DNA of 54,691 nt, the filler included, from Sphacelaria rigidula (taxonomy: Eukaryota): NCBI GenBank assembly GCA_964200075.2. It is 3 parts of 3 records of this genome, joined end to end, with 100 filler letters (N's around TTAATTAATTAA, not from the genome) between each part and the next. Parts side by side here need not be neighbours in the genome. Positions count along the whole stretch, not along the records: positions 36,538 to 54,691 come from CAXNAA020000903.1; 2 more parts are not named here. One strand, written 5' to 3'. Shown here piece after piece: positions 36,538 to 50,501 of the stretch; positions within the stretch are counted from its first letter, which is position 1, and the number at the start of each line of letters is the position of its first letter. The translations under genes and the position numbers were made by a program. The notes under the pieces are model-generated. The model was not told where the DNA came from. It searched no databases and saw nothing but the letters and a program-made list of their open reading frames with translations.

Positions 36538-38393
36538 AAAAAGAAAAAAAAAAAAAAAGAAGAGTTGTTTATTAGAGATCTGGGGGGGGGGGGGGGGGGG
36601 GGTGGGGGGGGGAGGCTACTTGTACGCGTCGAAAACTTTTCTCCTCCCTGCCCCTTGAATATCATAACATTTTGATGGCGGCTGGGGACACTGTGCAGTC
36701 CAGTTATAGCATGTACATTTCAGTCATTCAGCAGCAGCACAAAACTACTCGTTGTACACCACCCTCCCCAGCATAGCGATCGTAGCACTGCGATAGTGCT
36801 ACGTCGTTAACCACCTGTCTTGCCACAGCCAGCGCGGCTCAGCACTCATTATCCATTGATCACCGCGACGCAAAAGTCATTATCCAGCCGGAAAATTTGC
36901 TACCCGATGGCCACAAGAACAACTGACGCACCAAAACTCCTCGATTTGGGGCTGCTCAATTTGAGGCGAACCCTTCCTTGGTAATCGAAATGACCGTTCA
37001 ATTCCGTATACTAGTAGAGAAACAGAAAGAATAAGGTTTTTCCCAATTCGATTTGGTCACTTCCTCATTCTCGACAGCGGGGGTTGGGGGGGGGAGGTTG
37101 TTGGAGAAATGTTCATCACCCATCACTTTGTGCGTTGTGGCGGATGGAATTGCTTCGGAGAAGCTGGAGAATATCGCTACAAGCATTTTCCACATCTAGG
37201 TATCAGTAGTTTCGCGATCATCTGCAGTATCTTCGCGGTGACTGTCCGGTGTCGTTTTCCTCAGGGGGTGGTAAAACACGTGACACTAACCAGGAGCGAC
37301 ACTTTGATGCGTCATGTACAAGACGAGGGTCAAACCTAAGTCATACCCAACACACGCACACAAGGTGAACACCGAACAAATTGGCTTCGAGCTGCGTTTA
37401 AAGAGGCCATACCTTCTTGGTGAATGCGTTGTTCAATCGAGTGTACTGGTGGAGGAACTGGAAGAATTCTTCTTCAGCCGCGGCTTTCTTGCATTATCGA
37501 AGACCGCTAAGGGCGGCGGCACCGGAGCGGGGTGGGCTGACCTAAGCAAGAAGTTTAGGGTTTTCAGGGCTCTTCTAGTACAGGCAACCGCTAAGGTTGA
37601 TAGGGCCGCGGTTTGATGTAGTGCGCTACACTTCAGTGGCTACAAGACGATCACCACGTTCTGCACATCTTGCCCCCCTTACGGAGCTTGAATCATGCTC
37701 GCTGCTGGGTCTGCAGGTGTATCGCCGCCGCCCGACATGATTGCCTCGTTCATCCTACCATTTTCTCGTGGTAAGCTAGGGTTTCACCCCATCTTACTCC
37801 ACGAAGGCCGCGTGTGCACCCAAAGCTCTGTCTGGACTCTCGAACTGCCCCCGCGAGCCTCACTGTACCAGATTCAGAGAGACGCAATATGCTGTGCTAC
37901 CTCAAGAATTACTCCGCATGGTGACTGTGGACGGCGTGATCTTCAAGAGCAGAGGTGAGGTTCGTGGTCGTGGAAGATATCACCCTTGGTAGTGCGCGCG
38001 AATAGTTCCGTGCACACTGCTGTGTAAACTGTTCTACTGCTAGGAGTTATGTTATTGAATGTGCGTGCGGGTACTTGATGTGATCTCGCATGTTTACCGA
38101 CATGCACAGTAAAACCTGTTTTGAACTTGTACTCTATGTTGACCCTTCGGATGCCCGGCACCCAGTTTATAGGTCAACTCGTTACTTGCGGAGTATATTA
38201 TAATTGAAGCAACATCCATTCTTTTCCGTTGTTTTCCATTATTTGTACGGATTTTATTCGGGATTTTGGGGGGATCATATGCGTTACTCAAGCCCCATGT
38301 GCCGCAGAGAGGTCAACGAGATTGCACTGTTCAGGTATTTGTTGTCCAGGTCTGATCTGGGCTTCGTTTCCCTCTATTAGCTTTCTAAGTCCT

Positions 38394-38753
38394 GTCGCCC
38401 CGGTGGCTCAGTTGGTTACCTCCAAACCATCTGACGGCTATGTCGTGGGTTCGAATCTCGGAGCGATCTGGGATATTTTCTCCCATAATGCCCAACAGTG
38501 GAGAGCAGCTATGTCGTGGGTACACAAAATTTGACTTGATGGTCGACGAGGGAAAGAGACCGCTGAACCCCTCTCGCGATAAAAAATGGAGGCAAGCACC
38601 GCAGAAGGAAGGTGGATAACTAAAAACAAACAAGAAAACTCCTGTGTCGGCCTTCCTCCTGTGTGACCCCCCCCGGCTGGTGCGCCCACATATACCGAAA
38701 GGTGTGGACCGGCGTCCAGAATAGAAGGGACGGTAACACAAACACAACACACA
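38394..38753 (+). mobile_element. tRNA-derived SINE, second copy
   Basis: A box TGGCTCAGTTGG (38404-38415) and B box GGTTCGAATCT (38448-38458) in a tRNA-like head, followed by a ~280-nt body shared with 24612-24942 and an ACACA-type tail. Confidence 0.85.
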
Positions 38754-39972
38754 GCCCAGGACAGTAACAGCAGGGGAGCTAAAAAAATACATGCAGCCAG
38801 CAACGATAATATTTTTACGAGTACGAACTCATGAAGCAAACGTACTGTATACCTTCGAAAAGAGATAGCGCTCTAGCGCTCGGAGTCGCACACACGAGAG
38901 ATACATGTTTACGTTGGCTGTCTGATGTCCCTTGTGTAGAGTGCTTGGCCATCTTCGCCATCGTATATCGCAAAAAAATCTGTCGCGGTACCGACTGTAT
39001 ATGTACCCCAAGATCCGCCAACCCTGGCCAGCCGGTGTGCATCGCGTGGGTGTCTGCACGGCACCGATCAGCACGAGCCATCCAGAATAGAAACACGACA
39101 GCCAACAAAAGTGAGCCAGCAGCATTGATGCCGATTTAGTCCTTTTCTTGGGGTATGTGCCGTCCGGGCACCATGAAATAACACACAACGACGACGATAG
39201 CACTATCATATATCATGCCCCCTATCCAATGGCGTGCAGGATACAGGAAAAAGCTACGCGCAAGTGGAGATAGACTGAAACGCCAACCCCGGCCGCCGCA
39301 ACCACACCGCGGGCACGCCGACGCTCAGAGCGAACGTCGGATACACTAACCCGTGTACCAAACGACAGAGCACCGCTTGTGGGTCCGTCGTTGTCCTGGA
39401 TATCATCCTGCCGCTGCGCTATAGTGTGCTGCAGTTGCGGGCCCCAGAAGGCCGGCAAAACCCATGTGTGGCAGAGTGCACACTAAAATCAAGTTTGTGT
39501 ATTGTAAAGTGTTCTGTAACAAAGAGGCGCTGGTAAAAAAAGTAAGGTGAATTACTTGAAAGTAATGTTTGTGTTATTTCACATCACCCGTACCTATGAA
39601 ACCACCGCCGGATGTCCATGTTTCAGCCGCCTGGGTTTTTCCCCTTTCTTTCCGTACAGTTTTTTTGTTGCAGATATAAAACCTACATCGACAAGGCCAA
39701 TACCACGCACATGCCACGCGTCGGAGATATTCATGCACGAGTCGCGGCTAGCGGCACTGCCGTCTCTGAACAGCAGTTCTTTGAACAGTGCAGTACAGTA
39801 GGCATTATCGCGCCGACGGTAGTACATGCATGTGGTCAGCACACAGATGGCTGAGCGGCGCGGCGTATTTGGTGGGGAGTTCACGTGGTGTAAGCGTCGT
39901 GTGCGCATTTGGTTGGTGACGCTTGGTTCTATGCCCGATGTTTACGGAAAGTTTCCCCCACCTGCTGAGGCC

Positions 39973-40190
39973 TCGAATGGGATATGTGGTGAATGATAAA
40001 ACGACTAAGGCAAGCAACAAATGAGAACGAAAGGTTTTTGTCCAATGTATGGAAGAAACGTAATGAGCGCCGGAATAGTGGAGCTGTCTCTATCAGGAGT
40101 AGGAACGGTGCTCCGTCTCGAAAGGGATGCGTGGTCAATGGGCAACCGACTAAGGCAAGCAGCAAATGAGTACGCCCCCCACCCCCACAG
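39973..40190 (-). repeat. Dispersed repeat family X, copy 3, with ~65-bp direct repeats at both ends
   Basis: The reverse complement shows CTCATTTG.TGCTTGCCTTAGTCG...ACCAC.(C/T)ATCCC.TTCGAG twice, about 90 bp apart. Confidence 0.8.
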
Positions 40191-42213
40191 CCGACTGACG
40201 AGGATCAGCATAACTTGACACACACTGGCAACCCGCATGAAACAGCATCGGTGAGCTTGTGCTCCACGCAAAAAATCAGTTTGCCCAAGCGGGAGCTTGC
40301 TTTGAGAGTCGGGGAAGGAAGGGCAACCGCTTTCGGCATTTCCGTTTCAAATGTAGACACGAGAAATGCCTCATCCCACCCGCTTAGCAATGTTAGGCCG
40401 CTGCACATATATTGTTCAGAACTCAACACTCGGAACTCCTGTCAGCGCCTAAGCGACCTGTAGGTTAGTCCCATTACTAGACCCGAAAACGTTAATCTAG
40501 CGATTATTCACTCGAGATGTCAGAGTTGGGACCTGACATGTAAGAAGAGGACCAAATCGACCATTCAAGGGCTGTTACTACAGATGTTTTCGTTTTTTTT
40601 AGAGTTAGGTCCATTAAACGCTTTTGGTAAAAGAGCTCTCGGATGGACCGGAGATGGACACCTCCCTTAAAACACGCGAAGAACGGCGACTTGGCCCGTA
40701 TTGAAGACGCCATACACAGGAGAGGGATCCGGGACTCCGCTTTTTTGCACACGGGGGTGTTGTCGAGAATATTTGGGTTATATGAAGTACACTAAAACCG
40801 AGATGATCGCAAAAGGACAAATAACTTGCTATTCGACCACGTCTTTTTCACAACCCCAGCGCCAAAGCAGGAATCGAGCATAGACTCGCGACGTACGTCC
40901 AACATCATATTTGCCCAAATTTCCCTTCTGGCTGACGGCATCGCAGCCGTTGGCTTGTGTGCGCGTGCTTGGTGACAGTCCCCAGTGCAACTTCGAGTGG
41001 GTGAGGGGTCGATGACGGAGAACACGACGCGGTGTCTCGGTCTGTGTTCTCCAAAGGCGACCCTCAGTGCTTCACCGCGTCGAGGCTTCGTCGCAAAACA
41101 CATCGCCCGAGTAAACACAGGCAAGCAATGCCCTCTGACCAACGGTTGTGTGGTCAACTTCACTCATCATCTTCTTTGCGCCGGCGCTGCGGTGCCAGTA
41201 TCTGTTGTCGGCACACCGCTGTACTGCTCCACGCAAACTGCCATTTTCATCTCAAACTGCAGACAGTGCAGTACTGCACTGTTTAGACTGCACATCGTTC
41301 AAATCCGTAGTGAAAGGATACCATACGCACAAATCCGCGGAATTGTCACCCAAAACGTTGCACTGAAACGAGGCCCAGCACTCAAAGGGTGAAGAAAAAT
41401 TCCCCAAAGGAAGATTCATGTTTGATTCCGGGGGAGGGAAAGTACTGTAGTAGTAAAAACACCCCTAGTTATAGCCTTTGAATGGTCGATGCGCCCCTTT
41501 CCTCAAAAGTTCAGGTCCCAACCCTCGGACCTCTAGTGAACAAACAACACAGAATATGTAGAATTTCCAAGGGCGTCGATAACCCACACGTTTTTGTATA
41601 TGTTCTCCCCAATATTTGTTGAGGCCACAACATTCGGACGCAGACGAGGTAAAAGTCAAAGAGGTTTCGTTGCTGTCTCCTTGATTTTAACTATGCATCC
41701 ACGACTGATAAGCGCAACTGGGCACACGTGTGCGAATCTTGGTTTTTGTACCCAACCGCCAACGGGTTTCGCAATCAGGCCGTATTTGGTGTCCCAGGAT
41801 ACTGTTGAGTGATGGCTATGTAATCAGAGTGCGCGGTGCACTCCACGGTTGCTATACGCTTGCAGGGAACCTACTTGTTGTGCTACATTTAGTAGTTGCT
41901 CGCCCTTCTTGCGTTTGAGACAACTTTTGGGGTCAACTAGTGGGGCCAGCCAGGCTGTACCAGTGGCCATTTGCGCCTGCACTCTTGTCGTCTTCAAAAA
42001 GACATGGGACTGTCGCGGGCCGGTTTCGTGGAACAGACGGCCGCGGCCCCGAAATGATTGTCCCCTTTGGCATCCAGCCTCCCTCCAGAACAATATCACA
42101 GGATGACCCTCAACCCCGGTAACCCCGACGCTGTGATTGGACAGCCTCTCCGTTCGCCAACTCGACCCTTAATAGCACTAAACGTATATTCCGTGTTCTC
42201 CAAGTCCTGAGGG

Positions 42214-45200
42214 ATGCAACGTTGTTCAATCAAGCATTTGTTTTCACATATTTCTTGTGGTCCATCTAGCGTCGATCTTTGGCATGTGGCGCCCAGGGGA
42301 CAGAAACATTACTGGCAGGAAGTGCTGAGATTGCCCGCTCGTTTCTCCACGATTATTCAAGTGTCGACATTAACCAACCCACTGTTTCATCATAGCCTAA
42401 CCTTCGGGCTGCTTACACGGGCGGAGCCAGCGCACTCTACCCGACTTCGCAAGCACCGCACGGAATCGCACCCAATTCGTGTCATATGCAATAACATTCG
42501 CATCGTCGATGTCTACTCGTTGGTTCTCGTTGGCATCGCAACCAGGAGGCCGCAGCAAATTCCAAGTTTGTTCGCGAGTGTAGGGACGGACACGTCGCCG
42601 GACTCGAAATGGGATGATGCTTCTCGTTCGTTCGCGGTTGAAGATGTCGAAGGTTCTGCTACTCTTGCATCACTCGGGGACACCGTAAACGTGGCGAGAA
42701 ATGACGGCATGCAACAGCTTCCATGCCTGGACAGCAACGAGGTGGATCTGCTCACCCCTCGGCTGCAGGCAATGCTTGGTGTGACGAAGGGCAAGGTTGG
42801 TGGATGTTCGAGGTCATTCTGACTTCCAAGCACAGCGCAGTGTGTGCTCAGCATCTGGCGATATTTGTCGTAAGGTTGAAAGGCGGATATTTCACTCATG
42901 TGCTGTAGCGCTTCAGTAGAGGAATCACCATGTCCAGACACTGTTTGGTCTTATCTTTGATGAGGCAGCACCTCCGACATGGAAATTCGTTGTCGAATGA
43001 AAGCTCTCGAGTGCTACCCAACTCAGACATTTCCGTTGGTGCAAGAGTGAACGCAGAGCTCCAAAAAACGTGGAAATATATCTCAGTACAATTGAAATTG
43101 AGGTTTTGCACACTTTCCTCAACACCAAGAATTAACTTACAAGGAGGGCTTCAGCGAGAAGCTTGTCAGCACATCTCTTCAACAAGATTTAGCTTCTTCC
43201 GTCAATCGCTGCCCCACACGGGTTTACAACATCGAAGACGATGGAGTGTTGATTCTGCTTGGGTCGTGATTATTTTTCAGTTTAATCTGTATATAAACGT
43301 GATATCTTTTGTTAAGTCGGTACAGCGCTCGGAATACCCATGTCTGGCGATGGAATCGTGGCTCAACGCACATGGAAGTATACTCTATGGATTCCGGGAC
43401 TGCTCCCATGCCTATTTCTCTGCGGAACTATAGGCCGGGCATACGGGATATGGGGCTCGGATCTGCAGAGGGATTTCTCTTACCCGCGGCAAGCCCGAGG
43501 AACAAACTTGCGAATTCTTCGACAAAAATTTCCGTACAGACTAGTTTGGGGTCGAAGATCATGGAAATGCCCTCTGTTGTTTCTTGTGATGAAAGGTTAT
43601 AGGGGTTCATATTTTCCAGAGAAGTGATTTATTCCACCTTGCTGAGTAGGCCTTCCCATTTCGAACGTCAGTTAGGCTTGGTTCATTTCATCCCTTCAGC
43701 CCGCTTGTGCTGATGACTTTATGTCATTATTTTCCCAACAGGTCATGTCCATGATTACATCTCATCCGGCACTATTGTCTTTACCTATGGACGGAATTGA
43801 CAAAATTGTGAACCTCATGGCAACGCTGCTGGCTGTAAGTGAGACCGAGATTATCACAGCTGTACGAAAGCGGACGCATCTACTTTTGCTGGGCGTAGAT
43901 GGCCTTCTTCAAAAAAAGGTAGGAACGACGTGAACAACGAATGTCCACCCCGATTGCGCTGCTGATACTATCGTGGGTTACAGCGAGTGGTGTGCTCTGT
44001 TTTGGTATTTCGCTACGTCGGTTGCGTCGCTGGTCAGACACGCGAGACCGTACCGAAAGGGAAAGATTTGTCAACAAATGACTCTAGATCAGTACATGGT
44101 TCCAAGTCACACGGTATCTAGTGCTCGTCTTGCACTGTGTTCTGTTCGTGTAAAGGCTATTTTCTGTTCACGCTCGGCTTTGCGAACACTAGTGTAATGT
44201 TGGAATGTTTCGCCAACGTGTACCATGGCAATATGAGCCTTATTTCGGTGTGGAGTATGACTTCGTGTCGTGTATTCTTTCCGTGAAAAACTGCCAGACA
44301 AACGCCCGACGAGATATCATGATCTTCCCCAATTTGAAGATTTTTCCCCCCGTACGCTGTCGTGCGCAGATTGAAGTGTTAACGGAGGCTGGTCTATCCC
44401 CCGCTGAGGTGCGAACCTTATTGATGACATCTCCCCAACATGTTATGGTCAGTTTGGAGGAGATTCGACGCAACGTGGACTTCTTGCGAGAGGCGTTAGA
44501 TCTCGATCTGCCTCAAGTCAAAAAGGTGCGAGCGATAGAGGCGGAGTGCAGACATTTCTTGCTCAACTCTAGCGGTAGCCACCACGCGCTCGAAGGGGCT
44601 GGATTATGTACCCCGGTCTTCGGTCGCGTGTAAGTAGGGGGCTGTTGCCAACGCAGACGGACAGTCGCCGTTTCCGTAATGAACCACTTCTGACACATGG
44701 ACACATAGCGCCGGTGATTTGATCGATGTATCCTCCCCAGGTTATTGTGGGAATGCCTTCGATTTTATCTTTGTCGAGCGATCTGGAGGACACGCGCAGT
44801 TTCTTCATCGACGATATGCAACTGTCCAGGCAGCGACTGAAGTTATGGGTGAGTGGCATTCCACCAGGAAATGCTGAATTTCTTTACCCGAAATTGACTC
44901 GAAGATTGCAATGCTGAGCTGATTGTGGCGCATATGTCGTGCATCCATGCACATGTAGAACACTTGAGTATTTGGAATTAACGAAGGGGCCTGTTCCAAG
45001 TCTTTGCTAATATTTCGATAAGACTGTCGTAACAAGGTGTCAGCTGAAGCTCCTGCCGTAGACTGGATAACCCCTTCTCCTCAACGTTTTACGAAAAAAA
45101 TAATCGGGTCGCTTGGAAGGTCAGCATGACAAGAATGGAGGTACTGGCGCTTTTTCATGGGAACATTTGTTGTTCTGTATGGTTTTTTTACAAACATTTC

Positions 45201-48200
45201 ATCATTACCGGAGTTCTACACACGCACCAAGAACTGGCAAGGCTGTTGTCAAGTCTGCGCATTCGGAATATACCTGTGCGGTTGGCAATCGAATCCATTT
45301 TGCATGACTGAAGTTTTCCTCCGCAGACGTTGTCTTTCCTGTCGCATGCGATAAAACTGACGCAGCACGTGCGCCACAGGTGATGAGGGACCCGAGAATA
45401 CTCTTGTCAAGCGCGTCGGGTGCCAGACTGAAGGTGAGCTTCCTCAATTTTCCAGACAACGTGCGTCGGTGGTGTGAGGGAGAACACGTGCGCGAAAATA
45501 AATACCGCAGAAGCCTTGGAACTTTTTTGATTGCCGTCGAAACATGTGGTGTTACACAAGTGTGCAGAGATTCCGAAGATGAAGTTGTCATGCAGTTTTT
45601 CTGGCTCCTTCGAACCCAAGACGTTATCGTACATGGCAAGCGAATCGATTCTTCTTGAGAGTACCTCATCTGACTCCGAACGCAGCTTCATCAAGGCGTG
45701 AATCATCACGCACTCTCGTACGTGCAATATGACAGACACTCTTATCAACAATTTCCCGCACGTTGTCCCGTTCCTTGCTTACTCTCCGTCGGGCTGCCTT
45801 CGCACATCCTGGAAGTTCGTGTATTTCCAAGAAGAGCTGGGAGCGAGCCGGCTCCACATAGTGAAGCTCATCGAAAAGCTACCTCAGATACTGACCCTCG
45901 ATCTGGAACGCAAGATTCGACCCAACGTGAGTGAGGGTACCATCCAGCTGTGGTATTCTGTCTACATTGACTGTGACGGCAGCGTGTAATGTAAACCAGA
46001 AACCCTAAGACCCAGCTTTACACTTTTTGGTCATATTCTTTCGCTGTTGACGCTTCTGCTTGCTACTGATCTGGTGCATTAGCGCGCGGCATGTTTTGCC
46101 TTGTCACCCACCGTAGGCATTCGATGCGGAAGCTCTTTATAACACGTGCCGATTTGGCTATGACTGCAGGTTGCGTACCTGAGGAACGGCCTCGATATCC
46201 CGTCGGGACGCCTTGTGGGTGTCCTGGTAGCTGTGCCATGGCTACTATGGCTCGACATCGATAACACCCTGAAGCCAAAGGTACCCGCTGTTTCTCGATA
46301 GTGAACCAAATTTCGGGTCATCTCTGTTTAGTCGACTATGACCGGTGTGATCGAAATGGAAAATCACACGGCGTGTTCAATCCTTGGCTTGTACCCCTTG
46401 CTTTAGATCAAGAACTAACTGAGCCCGTTTCTCGATATATTTCTGGGGTATATGGTAAAACGCTGCACTTTAGGTAATGCGTGGTCCATTCCCACTTGAC
46501 TGGGAGACGCGTATGAGCTGTTTCCCGTGTAACACGCCCCATTGCGATGGACGTTCCAAATATATCTTCATATATATATGCAGGTTAGATGGCTTTCAGT
46601 GGAGCTTATGCTTCGACGGGATCAGCTGCGCAAGGTTATTTTGCTACACCCTCAGGTAGGAACAGTGACATATCGCGGGCAATTCTGTTTTGGGTGGCGT
46701 ACGATTCCATGGCATACAATTGCGCGCGATTGTTTTTATCATCTCTACGTTTTTCGTTCCGGTGTCCTGGTGCTTTTTAGGTGCTGACCCTCAGCTTGGA
46801 GAAGAACCTGAGTCCGAAGACTTCCTGGCTCAAGATGACCCTTCAGATCGACGACTTCGTGAGATACGCTAACTGAGTAGGCCCCTCCAGGTCGTTTTGA
46901 CCGAAATTGATCTCTCGATGATGAGCAACATACTACCCTCCGCTTCTCAAGGTACTCTCAAGGCAAATGTCGACATCCGAAATCGGAGCACGCTGTTGTC
47001 GATATTCCTTCACACGCTACGTCCAACACAGCCACTTGCCCCTACGCAGGAGCTTCGTGACATGATCGTGAGGCACCCTGCTCTCCTACACTCTAACATG
47101 GAGACTACCATCAAACCCAAGGTCAGCGCCCTGTTCACTGCCCTGAATAGCAACCATAGTGCGTTATCCGCGGGAGACAACGAGATAGTGGTTGAAAGAA
47201 GGCAATGCTTTGGCCTCGAGTGCTCCAAGATTGACGGCTGAGACATATCCTTATGCGATCTGAGATGAACTCTAACACCACTTCATGTTGCACCTCCGCC
47301 TACGCTCGATGTAATAGATGAGCTTTCTCAGGGACGAGGTCGGCGTGGAAGAGGAACGCCTACGAAAACTGCTCGTCAGAACACCTGCAATATTTAGCTA
47401 TAGTATAGGCACAATGCGAACGAAGCTGTCGTATTTCAAGGAGGAACTACAATTTAACAGCCAAGAGGTGAGAGCGAATAGGTAGCTCGCTATTCTTCGT
47501 GAAATATGCATCGCTCCGTGGGAGTCGAAGTTCTCCCTTTGTCCACCACCAGTCAGCTAACCATGTGTGTGGCTTGGAATAGGGGTGGATTTCCGCGATC
47601 CGCCGATAGGTTGTCCCTTCATGAATAGGTCTTAAGTAAGAGGGTACTAGTGCATGGAGCAGCAAAGCGAAGCGACACAGATGACGCCACGTTGGGATCA
47701 TATGAAAGCTCTGCACCGCCAGTGTACGGGTTCAGTACACTTATTCGTATAAATTTCAAGGAGAACGAGTAACAAGGACAATTTGAGGTCAGGTCGTCGA
47801 GCAGGGGTAGACCGACTGGAGCGGCCTGTGCAGAGCGCCGGGTCGTGGCTCTAGGTTGTTGATGAATAATGCGACCTTGTTTTTGTAACACTCGTTAATA
47901 ACATTTCTTCGAGAGGTGAACAAACGTCATCAGATCCATATTTTACGATACTGCTACCTAGCTGGGCGGTCTTGGCAGCTGTAGAAAGCATCGTCCCCAA
48001 CAACACTGGTCAACATTGAGATATCAGCTACATTATAATGCTAAGCGTCATTTTTTTCGAGTGTTTCACAGATAACAAAGGTGATTGCTCATGTCCCGCA
48101 AGTGCTAGGATACAGCGTGACCAGCATGGCATCCAAAGTGGCCTTCATTACGCAGGTATGTCTGTGAGCACAGTGTGAAATGTGGTGTCACAACACTGAT

Positions 48201-48801
48201 TGATACTTCAACATGTGTGGGTATTTGCATCTCTTCTGCAATCTCGATATAAAACACTCAATATATTGTAGACTGCTCCCTTATCGCGCTCTGCTTGTTT
48301 GAATCTCAGGTGCTGGACACCAACAAGGACGAGACGAAGAAAATTATTTGGGGGTGCCCGACGATCCTCAATCTCAGCATCGAGAAAAACTTGCGATTAA
48401 AGTTTGACCTATACTTGGAAGAGCTTCACGGTAAACCACAAGATGTAAGGTCCCACGTCGTCGCAAGTCCGTCAATCCTAGGATACAGTATGACGAAGCG
48501 AATACGACCTCGGATGCAAGTCTTGCGGCTGCTGGGCATAGAACCCAATTTCTCAGACCATATTCGGCACCTGACGTGCTACTCATCTGTGAGATTCAAG
48601 AAATGGCTGGAACACCAGCTGATGAAAAGCACGGGCGCAGAGAGACGAGGAAACATAGATGTCAGGATTAGAATGAAGCAGTGTTTGGGCATTCTGCATA
48701 ACCCCGGAGAGACGATGTTGTCGGATGATGTCGCAAATCCAAAAAATCTCAGTGTCTACACGCCGGGTATCAGAGTGTGGGGAATGAGAATGTCAAACTG
48801 A
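42214..48801 (+). CDS. mTERF-repeat protein (organellar transcription termination factor family); exons 42214?-42795, 43742-43918, 44370-44525, 44741-44848, 45380-45433, 45816-45926, 46170-46280, 46584-46655, 46781-46858, 47050-47121, 47318-47467, 48072-48155, 48310-48801
   Basis: Recurrent mTERF motifs (hh..P.hL.hshe..h.Pkh.aL), e.g. LIEKLPQILTLDLERKIRPN|VAYL, ILLHPQ|VLTLSLEKNLSPK and VVASPSILGYSMTKRIRPR. All called junctions are GT/AG and in frame. The start codon and the extent of the first exon are uncertain. Confidence 0.9.
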
Positions 48802-50272
48802 GTTGAATCAGAAATGTCGTGGTGTCACATGCGGCCAATTACACACATCCAACTAGGCGCAATTTTGCCAGTCAGATCCCGATATGTGACGATCCCCGCA
48901 TTTAAATGTGACTGAGGGAGGTGTGAAGGTGCCGTGGGTGTGTGGCCCATGGTCGTGCGGAGAATGCTCGTATAATCCCTTCGACATCGCGATGTCGAAA
49001 GGGCCGCGTGCGTGTACATGTGCCATGGATGAGCACCCTTGAGAGTGAAGTTGCACGCTGTACTGTGTTGGGTGTATAGTACTCTCTACGCGGAGGGCAC
49101 GGAAGAGCACAACTGGCAGCAGCGTCAGCTGTGAGCTCACAAGTAGACAGAAAAATAACACGTCCAGGCAAGAAGTAACACCTACTGAGAAATGACCGTC
49201 AGAAGTCCCTCGCATCCCATGGGCCTGCTGCCCAAGAGGGAGGAGCCCCAACAGTTGAGCGAAGGGGACAAACGTCCGAGGTTGTTTATTGTCGCTTTAT
49301 TTGATGTGCTCTGTGCTGTTGTGTCGGTTTGTGTTCTATGGCGTATGTGGGAACAATTATCAACCCTTCGACGGCCAAAGGGATTCAGAAACTCAACACT
49401 TCCACACAAAACCCTGCTCACCAGCTCACGAAGAGAGGAGTTCACACTCGAAATGGCGAAAGAACCGGCTGCCCAAGAGTCATGCTACGATAAGGGGGGG
49501 TATTTTAGGCCGATTCTTTCCATGAAATTCCACTTCAATCGCTGTCGAAAGCAGCCAACAGTTGTTCGAACGCGCTTGCTCCCAATAAATAACGCTCATT
49601 CATACTGTTTTACATCGCTTTTACCCAGCTACAAGCGCAGCGCGAGTGTTTTAGGTCGTTTGACGCATCTATGAGCACATTTTCTTGTGGAACCCCCCCC
49701 CCCCTCCCCTATCGTAGCATGGCTCCCAAGAGGGAACCGTTCACCATGGCGGGTGGGGGAAAGGGGCGGACGTCGGAGGGAGTTAAGTACCGCTGTATTT
49801 GGGGTGCTCTGCGTTGTTGTATCAGGTTGCTTACTGCGCTGTAGTTAGCCCTTTGAGCGCAACGTCGGGTCATTTGGGCCCTACCTTTGTTTTTTTGAGT
49901 GGAATCATGCTGTTTCAACAGATTAACCGACCCGGCGGTCAAAGGGTAAAATTGGGTTTGTGCAGGACCCCAAAAGATATCTCCATATTAGGGCTTAGAT
50001 GTTGGACCTGTGTTGTTGTAAATCATCCTTTTTGCAATCTCACGCCAACTTCCGTCCATATTGCCGAGCACAAGAGCAATGCTACGGTAGGGGTTGCACT
50101 TTTTGTTTATGGGTCTCCTTTTTGTAGGAGCCCAAACATGTGGAGCTTACTGTGCAAGCCAAATATCCGGGGACCGGACTCCCAGAAACATGGTGTTTGC
50201 ACGCAAAGGCCTATTCGTGAGTCTGCATCATTTTCAGTCTTTTTTAAAGTAAAAATGATGCCGATTTTCAAA

Positions 50273-50501
50273 GGGTCTTGCTATTTACGTCAACGTTGAC
50301 GTACCGTGTTACATCCGCCAACGTTGACGTAATCTGTTACATCCGTCAGCGTTCAGCATCCGTCCCACAAGTCCCGCATGGACACAGAAATACATGGAAA
50401 ACACTCAAACAGTCTCTAGCTATCGTTCAAGCCATCGCACGGAGCAAACGGACCCGTAGCGGATGAGATACGTGCTTATGGCAGAGTGAGCACCGCACCC
50501 C
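50273..50501 (+). repeat. Dispersed repeat family Y (~225 bp with a 28-bp internal tandem unit), copy A
   Basis: Highly similar to 54394-54620 (+) and 51481-51714 (-). Confidence 0.9.

Noticed and set aside
38394..38466. tRNA gene
   Set aside because: The anticodon arm does not pair well, and the head is followed by a body shared with another copy, so it is a SINE head.
49192..50299. ORFs of 160-166 aa downstream of mTERF
   Set aside because: No recognisable domain or exon chain; most short ORFs in the track look like chance or antisense shadows.
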